Origin: Mobula hypostoma
Taxonomy: Eukaryota
Assembly: GCF_963921235.1 (NCBI RefSeq)
Contig: NC_086097.1
Span: 147,376,001 to 147,440,000, forward strand
Direction: 5' to 3'
Length of the DNA stretch: 64,000 nt
Position numbers and translations under genes: made by a program. The notes under the pieces were generated by a model. The model saw nothing but the letters and a program-made list of their open reading frames with translations. It was not told where the DNA came from and made no database searches. This document shows, one piece after another, positions 9,901 through 22,137 of the stretch (positions are counted from its first letter, which is position 1; every line of letters begins with the position of its first letter).

Positions 9901-11762
9901 CCATAAGATAAGATATAGGAACAGAATTAGGCCATTTGGTCCATTGAGTATGCTACACAAATTCATCATGGCTGACCTAATTTTCCCCCTCGCCTCCTGC
10001 CTTTTCCCTATATCCCTTCATGCCCTGACCAATCAAGAATCTATCAGCCTCTGCCTTAAATATACTTACATACTTGTTTCAATGAGGTCACCTCTCATTC
10101 TTCTGAATTCCAGCACATATAGGCCCAAAGCCATCAAATGCTCTTCATATGACAAGCCAATCAATCCTGGAATCATTTTCGTGAACCTCCTTTGAACCCT
10201 CTCCAGTTTCAGCACATCCTTTCAAAGATAAGGGGCCCAAAACTGTTCACAATACTCCAAGCGAAGCCTTACCAGTGCTTTATAAAGTTTCAACGTTACA
10301 TCTTGCTTTTATGTTCTAGTCCCCTTCAAGTGAATGTTGTAATTGTATTTGTCTTCCTCACCATGGACTCAACCTGTAAATTAACCTTTCAGGAATCCTG
10401 CACAATGACTCCAAATTCCCTTTGCATCTCAGTTTTTTGTATTTTCTCTTCATTTAGAAAATAGTCAACCTTTTCATTTCTTCTACCAAAGTGCATAATC
10501 ATAAACTTCCTAACACTGTATTCCATCTACCTTTGCCTAGTCTCCAAATCTGTCTAATCTATGTCCTCCACCTATCTTCATATCACCTGCAAACTTTGCA
10601 ACAAAGCCATCAATTCCATCATCCAAATTATTGATGTATAACATAAAAAAGAATCAGTCCCAACACAGACCCCTTTCACTGGCAGCCAGATAGAAAACAT
10701 TCCCTTTATTCCCCCTCCTTGCTCCTGCCAATCACCCACTGCTTTATCCATGCTAGAATCTTTCCTGCAATACCATGGGCTCATAACTTGTTAAGCAGCC
10801 TCATGTGTGACACCTTATCAAAGGCCTTCTGAAAATCCAAGAGCACAACATCAACCAATTCTCCTTTTTCTATCCTGCTTGTTATTTCTTCAAAGAATTC
10901 CAACAGATTGGTCAATAAGATTTTCCCTTGAGGAAACCGTGCTGACTATGGCCTATTTTATCATTTGCCTCCAAATAGCATGAGACCTCATCCTTAAAAA
11001 TTGACTCCAACATCTTCCCAACCACTGAGATCAGACTAACTGCCCTGTAATTTCTTTTCTTCTGCCTCTTTCCCTTTTTGAAGAGCGGAGTGACAGTTGC
11101 AATATTCCAATCTTCCAGAACCATTCCAGAATCTTGTGATTCTTGAGAGACCATGACCAATGCCTTCACAATCTCTTCAGCCACCTCTTTCAGAACCCTG
11201 GGATGTACAGCATCTGGTCCAGGTGACTTATCTACCTTCAAACCTTTCAGCTTCCTAAGAATCTTCACTTTTGTAATGGTAACGTTACACACTTCATGAC
11301 CCCTGACAACACACTGCTCGAGTCTTCCACAGAGCAGACAGATACACGATACTTATTCCCTAGAACCTTCTCTCCAGTGATGTTAACTTCATGACCCTTG
11401 ACACCAGGAACTTCCACCATACTGCTAGTGTCATCCACAGTGAAGACTGATGCAAAATACTTATTCAGTTCATCCGTTATTTTGTTGTCCCCAATTACCA
11501 CCTCTCTAGCATCATTTTCCAGCTGTCCAATATTCACTCTTGCCTCTCTTTCACACTTTATGTATCTGAAGGAACTTTTGGTATCCTCTTTAATATTATT
11601 GGCTAGCTTACTTTTGTATTCCATCTCTACCTTCTTAATAATTTTTTTTGGTTGTCTTCTGTTGGTTTTTAAAAGCTTCCCAATCCTCTTACTTCTCATC
11701 ATTTTTTGCTCTATAATATACCCTCTTTTTGGCTTTTATATTGGCTTTGCCTTCTCTTGTTA
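9901..11762 (-). mobile_element. CR1 LINE, degraded ORF2 3' half with internal deletions
   Basis: ORFs 10912-11292 (KSPGPDAVHPRVLKE...NYRAVSLISVVGKMLE...SQHGFLKGKS) and 11265-11702. CR1 tail at 9901-9950. Confidence 0.9.
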
Positions 11763-12434
11763 TACTTTATTTGCTACACATGGTATCAGCGAAATCACCA
11801 CTGACTGCTCACTGTGACACACTAGTACACCCAGCTATGCCATTACTTAGAGTTTAGCTCATTAGAAGACAGAGAGAGATACAGTGAACTATCATCACCT
11901 TTCTCTGCTGCCTGAGTAGGAACATATTGCAATAGGTAAGCAATTAATAGAATAAGGAGTAAATATTATTATCAAGATTTGCTGACATAGCATACAAAAC
12001 ACAGGATTTTTTTTTTTCTGGCCTGAAAAGCTGCTGCATTTTCTTGAAAGAGGTTTAATTTACTCACAGATGTTAATGAATCAGAACCTAATGTAGAGCA
12101 TATTTTTATCCATTGTGACTAAACCAATGAGATTCCAAAAAAAATCCATTGATAGCCTTCTTAAAAATATTTGGTCATACTGCAGAAAACAGTCCTTCAG
12201 TCCACCTTGTTCATGCTATACAAGATGTCCAGCTATGCTAGTCCTATTTGCCCATGTTTGACCCAGATCTCTCTAAATCTTTTCTATCCATGTAGCTCAT
12301 AGGGTCATGAAGTGCATTAACAAGCCCTTGGCCCAGCTGTCTAGGGCAATAAAAATATCCTATCTAAACTAGCAACATACATCAAAGTTGCTGGTGAACG
12401 CAGCAGGCCAAGCAGCATCTATAGGAAGAGGTGC

Positions 12435-12470
12435 AGTCGACGTTTTAGGCCGAGACCCTTCGTCAGGACT
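12435..12470 (-). ncRNA. Minimal type I hammerhead ribozyme, core mutated (GAAA->AAAA)
   Basis: Minus strand AGTC-CTGACGA-AGGGTCTCGGCCT-AAAA-CGTC-GACT. Confidence 0.7.
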
Positions 12471-12761
12471 AGTCAGACTAAATCTTTTCTATCCATGTAG
12501 CTCATAGGGTCATGCAGTACATTAACAAGCCCTTGGCCCAGCTGTCTAGGGCAATAAAAATATCCTATCTAAACTAGCAACTAGTCAGGACTAGTCAGAC
12601 TAAATCTTTTCTATCCATGTAGCTCATAGGGTCATGAAGTGCATTAACAAGCCCTTGGCCCAGCTGTCTAGGGCAATAAAAATATCCTATCTAAACTAGC
12701 AACATACATCAAAGTTGCTGGTGAACGCAGCAGGCCAAGCAGCATCTATAGGAAGAGGTGC

Positions 12762-12797
12762 AGTCGACGTTTCAGGCCGAGACCCTTCGTCAGGACT
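12762..12797 (-). ncRNA. Minimal type I hammerhead ribozyme (Penelope-type), intact core
   Basis: Minus strand AGTC-CTGACGA-AGG(GTCTCGG)CCT-GAAA-C-GTC^-GACT: helix I AGTC/GACT, conserved CUGANGA and GAAA boxes, GUC cleavage triplet. Confidence 0.85.
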
Positions 12798-13088
12798 AGT
12801 CAGACTAAATCTTTTCTATCCATGTAGCTCATAGGGTCATGCAGTACATTAACAAGCCCTTGGCCCAGCTGTCTAGGGCAATAAAAATATCCTATCTAAA
12901 CTAGCAACTAGTCAGGACTAGTCAGACTAAATCTTTTCTATCCATGTAGCTCATAGGGTCATGCAGTGCATTAACAAGCCCTTGGCCCAGCTGTCTAGGG
13001 CAATAAAAATATCCTATCTAAACTAGCAACATACATCAAAGTTGCTGGTGAACGCAGCAGGCCAAGCAGCATCTATAGGAAGAGGTGC

Positions 13089-13124
13089 AGTCGACGTTTC
13101 AGGCCGAGACCCTTCGTCAGGACT
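13089..13124 (-). ncRNA. Minimal type I hammerhead ribozyme, intact core
   Basis: Identical to the 12762-12797 copy, 327 bp away. Confidence 0.85.
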
Positions 13125-13134
13125 AGTCAGACTT

Positions 13135-13170
13135 AGTCCTGACGAAGGGTCTCGGCCTGAAACGTCGACT
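13135..13170 (+). ncRNA. Minimal type I hammerhead ribozyme, intact core
   Basis: AGTCCTGACGAAGGGTCTCGGCCTGAAACGTCGACT; predicted cleavage after C13166. Confidence 0.85.
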
Positions 13171-13282
13171 GCACCTCTTCCTATAGATGCTGCTTGGCCT
13201 GCTGCGTTCACCAGCAACTTGGATGTATGTTGCTTGAATTTCCAGCATCTACAGAATTCCTGTTGTTTGCTATCTAAACTAG

Positions 13283-13880
13283 TCCCATTTGCCAGCAATT
13301 GGCCCATAACCTTCTAAATCTTTCGTCCATATTCCTGTCCAGTTATTATTATACTTGTCCCAAGCACCATAGATGCTACCCTATGTGTAAAGAAGCTGAT
13401 CCTCAAGTTCTTATTAAATCCTTCTTCTTCCACTTAAAACCTATGTCCTCCAGTTCTTTTTTATAAAACACTGGGAAGAAAAACTGTGTACATTCATCCC
13501 ATCTACACTCTTCATGATTTTATATGCCTCTATTAGATCACCCCTCATGTTTCTTAAACTGTATGGAATAAAGTCATAATCTGTCCAGCCTCTCCCTCTT
13601 AGTCAGTCCTTTGGATCCTGGCACCATCCTTGTAAATCTTTTCAGTGCTCTTTCCAGTTTAATACCATCTTTCCCATAACAGAGTGACAAAACACAGCGT
13701 CACCAACATCCTCCTGAACTGTCCGAATGTCTTTTAAGTGTGGTTAATGTACCTGCCTCTGGCAGTTCATTCCATAGACTGTACATACCCATCCTTCGTG
13801 TGAAAACAAATGCCCTTCAAGATCCCATTATCTATTTCTGCTCTCACCTTAAAACAATGCCCTTGATTTCCTGATTCCCC
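13283..13880 (-). mobile_element. Old CR1 3' fragments (target of the Penelope insertion)
   Basis: Degenerate similarity to the CR1 3' ends at 42200-42620 and 53080-53420. Confidence 0.6.
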
Positions 13881-14774
13881 AAAGCTGGATTTATTTGATT
13901 CACATTTGTGTTTTGACCAGTCAGATTGTAATCATTGTTAGTCCAAGTTTGATTCAATCCTGTTCAGATTTCGTCCATGTGGAACAAGAACTGCAAGTAT
14001 TTGTCTTTGATACCCTGATGATTATCTGATAGTATATTAATGCTACTCACTACCCAGGAAAGATCTGAAAACATTAAGCTTAATAATGAGATTATACTTT
14101 AATAATTGTTATCTTCCAAATAACACTGAAGCAATCAATAAATGCAACATAATTTTCTCAAAGCAATTGATAATCCTAATTCTTGCTGGCAATGTAGTGA
14201 CCTACAGATTTGATTGGTGCTTCAGAAATAAAAATATTCTACTCGAGAACTTATTTTGGACCCAGCAGTTGGCCCATAACCAATTGATTTTGCACAGTAA
14301 TTACTATTTATTAAAACTGGCAAACATTAATAACAAAACATACTTAGGGGATGAATGCTGGGCAACTGTTAGTAAAGCTCTCGACACCAGGTTGTGAAGT
14401 CCAGTCTTATGGAAATATGAGACTTGAGATGCAAGTCTCTTTATGTGTGCCATACTGAATCAAAAGCAAATTGCTTTAATATTTTTTTTAAAGCAGACTT
14501 TTATCAAAGCCCATGTTGCTAGTTGAAGTATGGAAGACTCCCTGAGTGGTGTCCCACTGTGGCAATCATATTCCAAGACTTCCTCTGTTACCTGTATGTT
14601 ATCCAGGGAGCATAATCCAGTAAGTCTGAAATAAAATTAACCATCACATTACCAAAACAACCCATGTGCTTATAAGATGATATGTCACTCTTTCTTGGCA
14701 TAATGTTACTCTACAAATGAAGGTACAAAAATACTGTAAAAAAATATCATTTAATGTTGTTATTTTGTATCACA

Positions 14775-15083
14775 TGTGGGCATGTGGCCAAGTGGTTAAG
14801 GCATTGGACTAACGACCTGAAGGTCGTGAGTTCAAGCCCCAGCCGAGGCAACATTTTGTGTCCTTGAGCAAGGCACTTAATCACACAGTGCTCTGCAACA
14901 ACACTGGTGCCAAGCTGTATGGGTCCTAATGCCCTTCCCTTGGACAACATTGGTGTCGTGGAGAGGGGAGACTTGCAGCATGGGCAACTGCTTGTCTTCC
15001 ATACAACCTTGCCCAGGCCTGCGCCCTGGAGAGTGAAAACTTTCCGGGCGCAGATCCATGGACTCGCAAGGCTAAAGGATGCC
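14775..15083 (+). mobile_element. tRNA-derived SINE
   Basis: A box TGGCCAAGTGG, B box GAGTTCAAGCC, central TGTGTCCTTGAGCAAGGCACTTAA motif, 12-bp TSD TTTTGTATCACA (14763-14774, 15084-15095). Confidence 0.9.
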
Positions 15084-16419
15084 TTTTGTATCACACACCA
15101 TGGCTATAACATTATAACCTGGTATTTTTCATTTCCCTGCATCTATGTGATCTCATAGCAGAAACAACAACCTTGAAAAGTATTGCTTTGGACCCACCAA
15201 AAAAGAGGCCTGTTTCTTTCTAAGAGTGAACATGGGAGGGGAGGTGAAGATAGCAACAAATCATTTACTGATTACAGGTCTCATACAATTAGAAAAAGTC
15301 TTCACTACTCATTTTAAAATACTGATATCCACATTTCATATTATCATTGTGTTTTCATCTATTTCCAGAAAGATTTACTAAGAATCCAGATTTCCTTTAG
15401 CCTCTACGAGCTACATTTTCATCAAACAAGGGAAGCTGTTTTCCACTGATTTACCATATCCAGACAGCTGACTGGTGATAGACACCAAAATCAATGCCAG
15501 TGGATAGGAAGGATTAGAAAAGAGCAGCAGTTCACCACAGTATGATTAAAATAAATTCTATAAGTCTTTATAAAGGGTTATGCTTTTTCAAGTGCTTTAA
15601 ATGCAATTTTCTGTTTCAAAGTAGAGTGGTTGTTGTTTGTAATCAAGCAGCAAAGCTAATTTGAAGACAAAATAGTCTAATATAGAGTAATGAGTTGAAA
15701 TGACTAAGTTATTTATTTAATAATGTTGTTTATAAGTTAAACTTTGGCAAGGGCACTCAGTAAATTCCCTGATCCTCTTTGGGAGTGATTCATGAAGTTT
15801 TACATTTCTAAATAGGTGAATGGCATCTAAATCCACCACCACTAACTGTTGCCAATAATTTTGAGATGATGAAATCCAAAAGCAGTTTTAATTTATTTCA
15901 CATAATGAATTCAAGGTTCATTTTATTTTCTTCTCCATATCTTCTTTTGTTAGCAAGATAGTGCTTTGTCACCTTTACAGACTATTCCAATTACACTTTG
16001 AAGCACTTTCAATAAACATGTTTTCTCATAAAGTGTTTCTTTGCTCAAGGTTACTGCAACTGCAATCTCCTGTTCTCCACTTTTACTAAGAACCTACATT
16101 CCTTTTCTGCTCAAATAATAATTTAGTTGGACTAGAATGAATCTACAAATATTATTGGAAATTCAATGGAAACAGAAAGTCCTATAAGAATGAAAACTGC
16201 ATTCGAATTTAAAATAGTCTGTTATGCACTCCTTGCATATGCCAGCTTCAGCCCCAGTATTTTGGCTCTGGTCACTCATGATTGATCTGAATTATTAATT
16301 ATCTTCTTTTTCTCTGAAAAGCTGACCAGCTTAATAATCCACATTGGCTTTCTCAGATCAGCTCAAGTTGTTTATAAGACCTCTTCTTCTTCTCACTTAC
16401 GATCCAAGCACAACTCAAA

Positions 16420-16775
16420 GTGGTTTAGAGTAAGTACTCTTGAAGTGCAATCAGGTTTGGAATATAGAAAACATGACAGTGAATTTGCACACATCAAGCT
16501 TCCACAAACAGCAGTTCAATTAAGGTCAACTCATTTGCTCCAGATAAGGAAAATATTCTGACCATGACGACAAGGATAACTTTCCTTTTCACCCTCAAGC
16601 TGTACCTTGAGATGTTTTATGTGTGCCTCAGAGGCTAGCTCAGGTATTAGTTTAACACCTGCTCTGAGTGACAGTGTTACATGCAATTATCAGTCTAGCT
16701 TTTGTAGTTTAATCTCTGGAGTGGAATTTGAATAGAAAGCTCTCTGACTCAGGAGATTATTACCACTGAGGCAAA
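16420..16775 (-). mobile_element. Old Deu-domain SINE (SacSINE1-like)
   Basis: Degenerate match to the recalled DeuSINE consensus (...CTCTGGAGTGGAATTTGAA...CTGACTCAG...ACCACTGAG, AATTTGCACAC...CCACAAACAGCA). Confidence 0.55.
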
Positions 16776-17473
16776 GCTAACACCATATTTTTAAGTATTT
16801 CCTAACGTTGGTTATAAACTCAATTTTTTCTGGAATTCATCATTCTAAAATCTACAATAAAGTACCTGTGCTACAATGTTACTACTGTATTCTTTTGTTT
16901 ATAAATGAAGTTGTGTTTCATTCATCCCATTTTAAGGTTCAAAATATGAACACAAGCTTGAAAACTTAAGTTGGGAACTGACGCAGGTTACTTTCTAACT
17001 GGTTTTGTTGATTTACTGACTCTACTTGTCTACATTTGGAACCATATTCAATAATAATACCTCTATTTCAAATTGAAGTAAGTCTAGAATATGACTGAGG
17101 TTAACATAATGATTCCCAGTGCTGATTTGTAAATATCATCCTTAAGTTTTGTTTTCCATTATTGAGTTTTTTCTTTGGAACAACTTTTTGTCCTTTCCCT
17201 CTCTCATGATCTTCAATATTGTCCTTTATGGAATTGTATATTAAACTCTATGGTGAATGAATGAATACTGATCAGCCAATACAAATCAGTTTTTATCATA
17301 CTAGCCACAAAGGTAGCATGTTTAATAATGCGACTTAGAAACTGTGAATTAAATTCAAATTTTCAGCTGAGAGCTATGTTGTGTATTTAATATTTCAGCA
17401 ATAGTTGAGTAATATTATAATCATATTATTTGATTCAACATTCTTTGTTACTTAAATAATTCATTATGGTTAT

Positions 17474-20400
17474 GTCCTGGGTATGACTCTAAACTGCAAC
17501 CAGTGATGAGGCTCTGATTGGGGACTTTCAGAGATTTGGGGAAAGTGAAGTTACCCCTTAGTCATTCATTTCTCCCAGGGCCACTCTGACCCGGAACGGT
17601 AGTACCTGCAAGGTTTCTTGCTCAGGATACAAGTGAAGGCTAACGGCAGATCCGGCAGGTTCAGTAACTGAATTTATGACGGAGAAGGCAGATGAGCTAG
17701 GACCTCAAACGTCAACAGCTATAGTACAAGCAGATTGGGAAGAGAAGTGGAGATTTATTTAGTTCGCCCAATGGTAGGCAATAGCAAACCACCGTTGCTA
17801 GATACTAGGTTTCCTAGAATCTATTTGCTAAGAAAACCGTGGTCAAACTCACAAAATGTATCACACAACAACAGCGTCAAGAGGATTTTCAAGACAACTC
17901 TGAAGATGGTTTGCTCCGTAGGGTTGATTCTGGCCAGCAGGGGATCCCTGATTGTCACCAAGCTACTGCTCATAAAATTCAAGTAACACAAAAGAAAATT
18001 ATTGCCACTTGGAATGTGAGAACCCTATATCAAGCAGGAAGATTGGACAATGTGATAAATGAAATGGAAAAACCAAAGATTAACATCATGGGGATTAGCA
18101 AAGTTCATTGGATAGGTGCTGGAACATGTCAGAATAGAAATAAACACTAATTTATTCTTGTGGAACATCCCATACCAATGGAGTAGGAATTCTTATGGAT
18201 GAAAACGTGGCAAAAAGTGTTTTAGGACATTGGGCAATATCAGAAAGAGTGCTCTTGTTAGATTCAGAGGACAACCATTTGATTTAGCAATTATACAGGT
18301 ATGTGCACCAACAACAGATGGAACAAATGAGGATATTGATAAGTTCTATGAAGAGCTTGAACAAGCAAAGAATGGATGCAAATCTCAAGATATTGTTATT
18401 GTTATGGGAGATCTAAATGCTAAAGTAGGACAAGGTGCTGATGGAAATACCATAGGAAAATTTGGACTAGGGGAAAGGAATGAAAGAGTTGAGAAATGGG
18501 TAGAATGGTGCAAGATGAATAATCAGGTCATTATGAATACCTACTTTAAAAAACATCCAAGACGCTTGTGGACCTGGAAATGTCCAGGTGATAACACCAG
18601 AAATCAAATTGACTTTATTACTATAAACCAAAGATTTCGAAACTCAGTGACTCAATGCAATACATATCCAGGTGCAGACTGTAATAGTGACCATAACCCA
18701 GTAGTATGTCATGTAAAAGTAAAACTTAAAAAAAAAACTAAAGAAGCAAAAACCTGAGCGATTCCTATTTTAGGTAACATATTTTTTCCTCCCTCTTTTA
18801 CGGATCGCGCTTTTCAAACTTGGAAGACTAAGGGTATTTTACGGTTTTTGGATTTATTTTTAGATGGTTCCCTTATGTCTTTTGAACAATTATCTAATAA
18901 ATATAACTTATCAAGAATACATTTTTTTAGATATTTACAAGTTAGAAATTTCCTAAGTACTATACTTTCTTCCTTTCCAATGCTTCCTCCTATATATATT
19001 TTAGATTCGATAATTAACCTTAATCCATGTCAGAAAGGTGCATCGGCTATGATTTATAATATTATTATGAAACTTAGGAAAGCTCCATTTGATAAGATTA
19101 GGGTAGATTGGGAACAGGAATTGGGGCTTACCATTTCTGTGGATGATTGGGGGCAGATTTTACAATTAGTTAATACTTCTTCTATTTGTGCTAAACATTC
19201 CCTAATTCAATTTAAAGTGGTGCATAGAGCACATATGTCCAAAGATAAGTTAGCGCGTTTTTACTCGCATATTAATCCTTTCTGTGATAGATGTTCGGGG
19301 CAGATAGCCTCTTTAACTCATATGTTTTGGTCTTGCCCTACTTTGGAAACTTTTTGGAGAGATATTTTCAATATTATTTCTAAGGTATTAAATATAGATA
19401 TCTCTCCTCACCCTATTACTGCTATCTTTGGACTACCTAAAATTTCTAGCAATCTTTCCCCTTCAGCCCGTAGAATGATTGCATTTCTTACTTTAATGGC
19501 GAAAAGATGTATTTTACAACATTGGAAAGAGCTTAATGCTCCAACTACCTTTTTTTGGTTTTCTCAGACGATTTTATGTTTGAATCTGGAGAAAATTAGA
19601 AGTAACCTTTATGATTCTTCATTTAAATTTGAACAGATTTGGGGACCTTTTATTCGATATTTTCATTTAATGTAATATTTACCCTTCTTGTTTTTTTTTC
19701 ACTGTTTTAATGGAGGTCGGGATTGAGGACGTGATTTTAAGTTTAACTCTGTTTGGTTTCAAGTTAGCCCATTGCTTTGCTTTGCTTTTAGTTAGTTGCA
19801 CGGTGGGTTTTTTTTTTGGGGTTTTTTTTTCTTTTTTTTCCATTGATATATATAAAATCTAGTATACTATTATGTTATCTTGGTTTCTTATGCTTAAATT
19901 ACATTGTTTGTAGTATTTTCTTTTTGGTATTGTTATCTTTTGGAATTTTATTATACTTTAACATTGTATTAATGTTTATATGGCTTACCTTTTTTGTATA
20001 CTTACTCAATAAAAAGATTTAAAAAGAAAGAAAAGAAGCAAAAACCTGAACAATCCCTTGACTACTTGCAATTAATTAAAAAAGAAAACTTAAGACAAAA
20101 ATTTACAATTGAAGTAAGGAATAGATTTCAAAGTCTAGAAATAGAATCTGTTGAAGATGATAGCAATCATGTAGAAATGAAATTTAACTCTCTAAAGGGT
20201 GCCTTGGTAGAATCAGCAAAGTCAGTGATTCCTAAAAAAGAAAAAAGCACAAAGAATAAGTGGATGACAGATGAAATCAGAAATCTAATGGAAGAAAGGA
20301 GACAGAAGAAAGCAAATCCTATAGAATATAAGTCCTTGGATAAAAAAAAAGTTAAAAGCTTATGTCAAAAAGCCAAAAAAGAATTGTTAAACCAGGAATG

Positions 20401-22137
20401 TGAGCGAATAGAAAGGATCCCTATTACTGGTCCATAAAGGTTACATCAACAAATCAAGAATATCACTGGTAAAAAGCTCCTTTGTTCTTCGAGTGGATGT
20501 TTGAAAGCAACAGACGGTACCATTATCATGGAAAAAGATGAGATTATGAACAGATGGACTGAGTATATTCAGGAGTTGTTTGAAGACAATCAAGGCGAAA
20601 GACCAGAAATTAGGAAAAACATTGAAGGTCCAAGTATTTTAAAATCTGAAGTTCGTAATGCAAAAAATAAGATGAAGAAAGGAAAAGCTGCAGGTCCTGA
20701 TGAATTAGTAATAGAACAAATTATCACCCTTGAAGATTATGGAATTGAAAAACTTACTGATTTAATCAATGACATTTATGAGACTGGAATAATACCAGAA
20801 GAGATGAAAAAAATCAGTATTTATCACTCTTCCTAAGAAACCTGGAGCAATAGAATGTGAGTTACATAGGACCATAAGTTTAATGAGTCATATCATCAAG
20901 ATACTTATAAGAATTTTGATGACAAGAGCTAAAAGTAAGTTATAAGCTGAAATAGGTAAAGAACAATGTGGTTTTGTGAAAGACAAAGGTACAAGAATCG
21001 CAACATTGATGTTAAGGATACTATCAGAACAAGCTATTAAGTGCAAAAAGATTTGTTTGTTTGTTTTATCGACTACACAAAAGCATATGGTAAGGGAAGC
21101 ACAATAAGTTATTTGAAATATTACAGAAAACTCTCGATCTAGATTCAAAAGACCTCTGCCTAATCAGAAATCTGTACTGGGAACAAACAGCCGCTGTAAG
21201 AATAGATGGAGAAGTGATTCAGTTTACAAAAATCAAGAGAGGCATTAGACAAGGGTGTGTTTTCTCCCCTGATTTATTTAATGTGTACAGTGAAACAATA
21301 TTACAAAAGATAAGACACATCTTGGGAATAAAAGTTGGCGGTGAAAACATCAATGATTTCAGATATCCAGATGACACTGTGTTAATTGCAAGTACGGAGG
21401 AAGAACTACGAAACTTAATTGATATAATTGTTGAAGAAAGTGCAAAAATGGGTCTATCAATTGCAAAAAGACAGAATGTATGGTGATATCCAAAAAGAAG
21501 GAGAATCCTATCTGCAGGCTGAGAATAAACGGGGAAGACATAAACCAAGTACAGAACTTTTGCTACTTAGGCTGCTGGGTGACATCAGGTGGCAAATGTG
21601 ACAAGGACATCAAAAGAAGAATAGGGATGTCAAAAGACACCTTTACGAGAATGAAGAGTATACTGACCAGTACTAAACTAGGCATGACAACCTGCCTCAG
21701 GGTACTGAAACGTTTATCCAGTTATGTTATATGGCTCAGAATGTTGGACAATATCTAGTAACGTGAGGAAACGAATTGAAGCAGCAGAGATGTGGGTTTT
21801 GAGGAGGATGCAAAGAATATCATGGATTAAACAAATATCTAACGAGGATGTCATGAACAGAGCAAACACAAAAATAGAAATAATGTATGAGATCATGAAA
21901 AGGCAACGTGACTTCATTGGACATGTGATTAGGAAAGGGGAGTTAGGATGCATGGTAATTATGGGAAAGATTGAAAGGAAGAAAGCACGAGGAAGACAAA
22001 GACAAATGATGATGGGGACAGCAGCCAGAGAACTGGAAATGAATAGCAATGAATTGATCCACTTGACCCAAAACAGGAGTGTGTGGGCCATGGCAGTCAA
22101 AGCTCAAACTGGGCACGGCACCTGATGATGATGATGA
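17474..22137 (+). mobile_element. RTE-clade LINE, near full length, frameshifted
   Basis: Endonuclease IATWNVRTL, MGDLNAKVG, NQIDFI, SDHNPV. RT GIRQGCVFSPDLFN...RYPDD. C-terminus GRQRQM. (TGA)n tail 22124-22139. Probable TSD ATGGTTAT. Confidence 0.93.
18758..20031 (+). mobile_element. 5'-truncated young L1 inserted in the RTE
   Basis: Open ORF2 C-terminus 18848-19675 with CCHC knuckle (CDRC...HMFWSC), T-rich 3' UTR, AATAAA at ~20008, A-rich tail, 18-bp TSD AAAGAAGCAAAAACCTGA (18740-18757, 20032-20049). Confidence 0.95.

Larger units (their letters stand above)
12273..13282. repeat. Penelope-derived compound tandem array (327-bp period) with terminal hairpin and 13-bp TSD
   Basis: Unit A (~104 bp) starts at 12273, 12478, 12600, 12805 and 12927. 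Penelope 3' segment B starts at 12372, 12699 and 13026. Inverted B at 13134-13233, tail 13234-13269. CTATCTAAACTAG at 12360-12372 and 13270-13282. Confidence 0.92.

Noticed and set aside
9539..10195. 218-aa plus-strand ORF
   Set aside because: Antisense read across a Rex1 fragment and a CR1 tail; no coherent domain.
12273..13130. CRISPR-like repeat/spacer array
   Set aside because: The intervening segments are themselves repeated, units are over 100 bp, there are no cas genes and the context is eukaryotic.
13023..13317. Two ORFs on opposite strands encoding near-identical peptides
   Set aside because: Artefact of the 100-bp palindrome in non-coding Penelope 3' sequence.
14775..14850. tRNA gene
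   Set aside because: The tRNA-like head continues into a SINE body and is bracketed by a 12-bp TSD.
17474..17720. HDV-like ribozyme at the RTE 5' end
   Set aside because: Known for some RTEs, but I could not build the nested double pseudoknot by eye.
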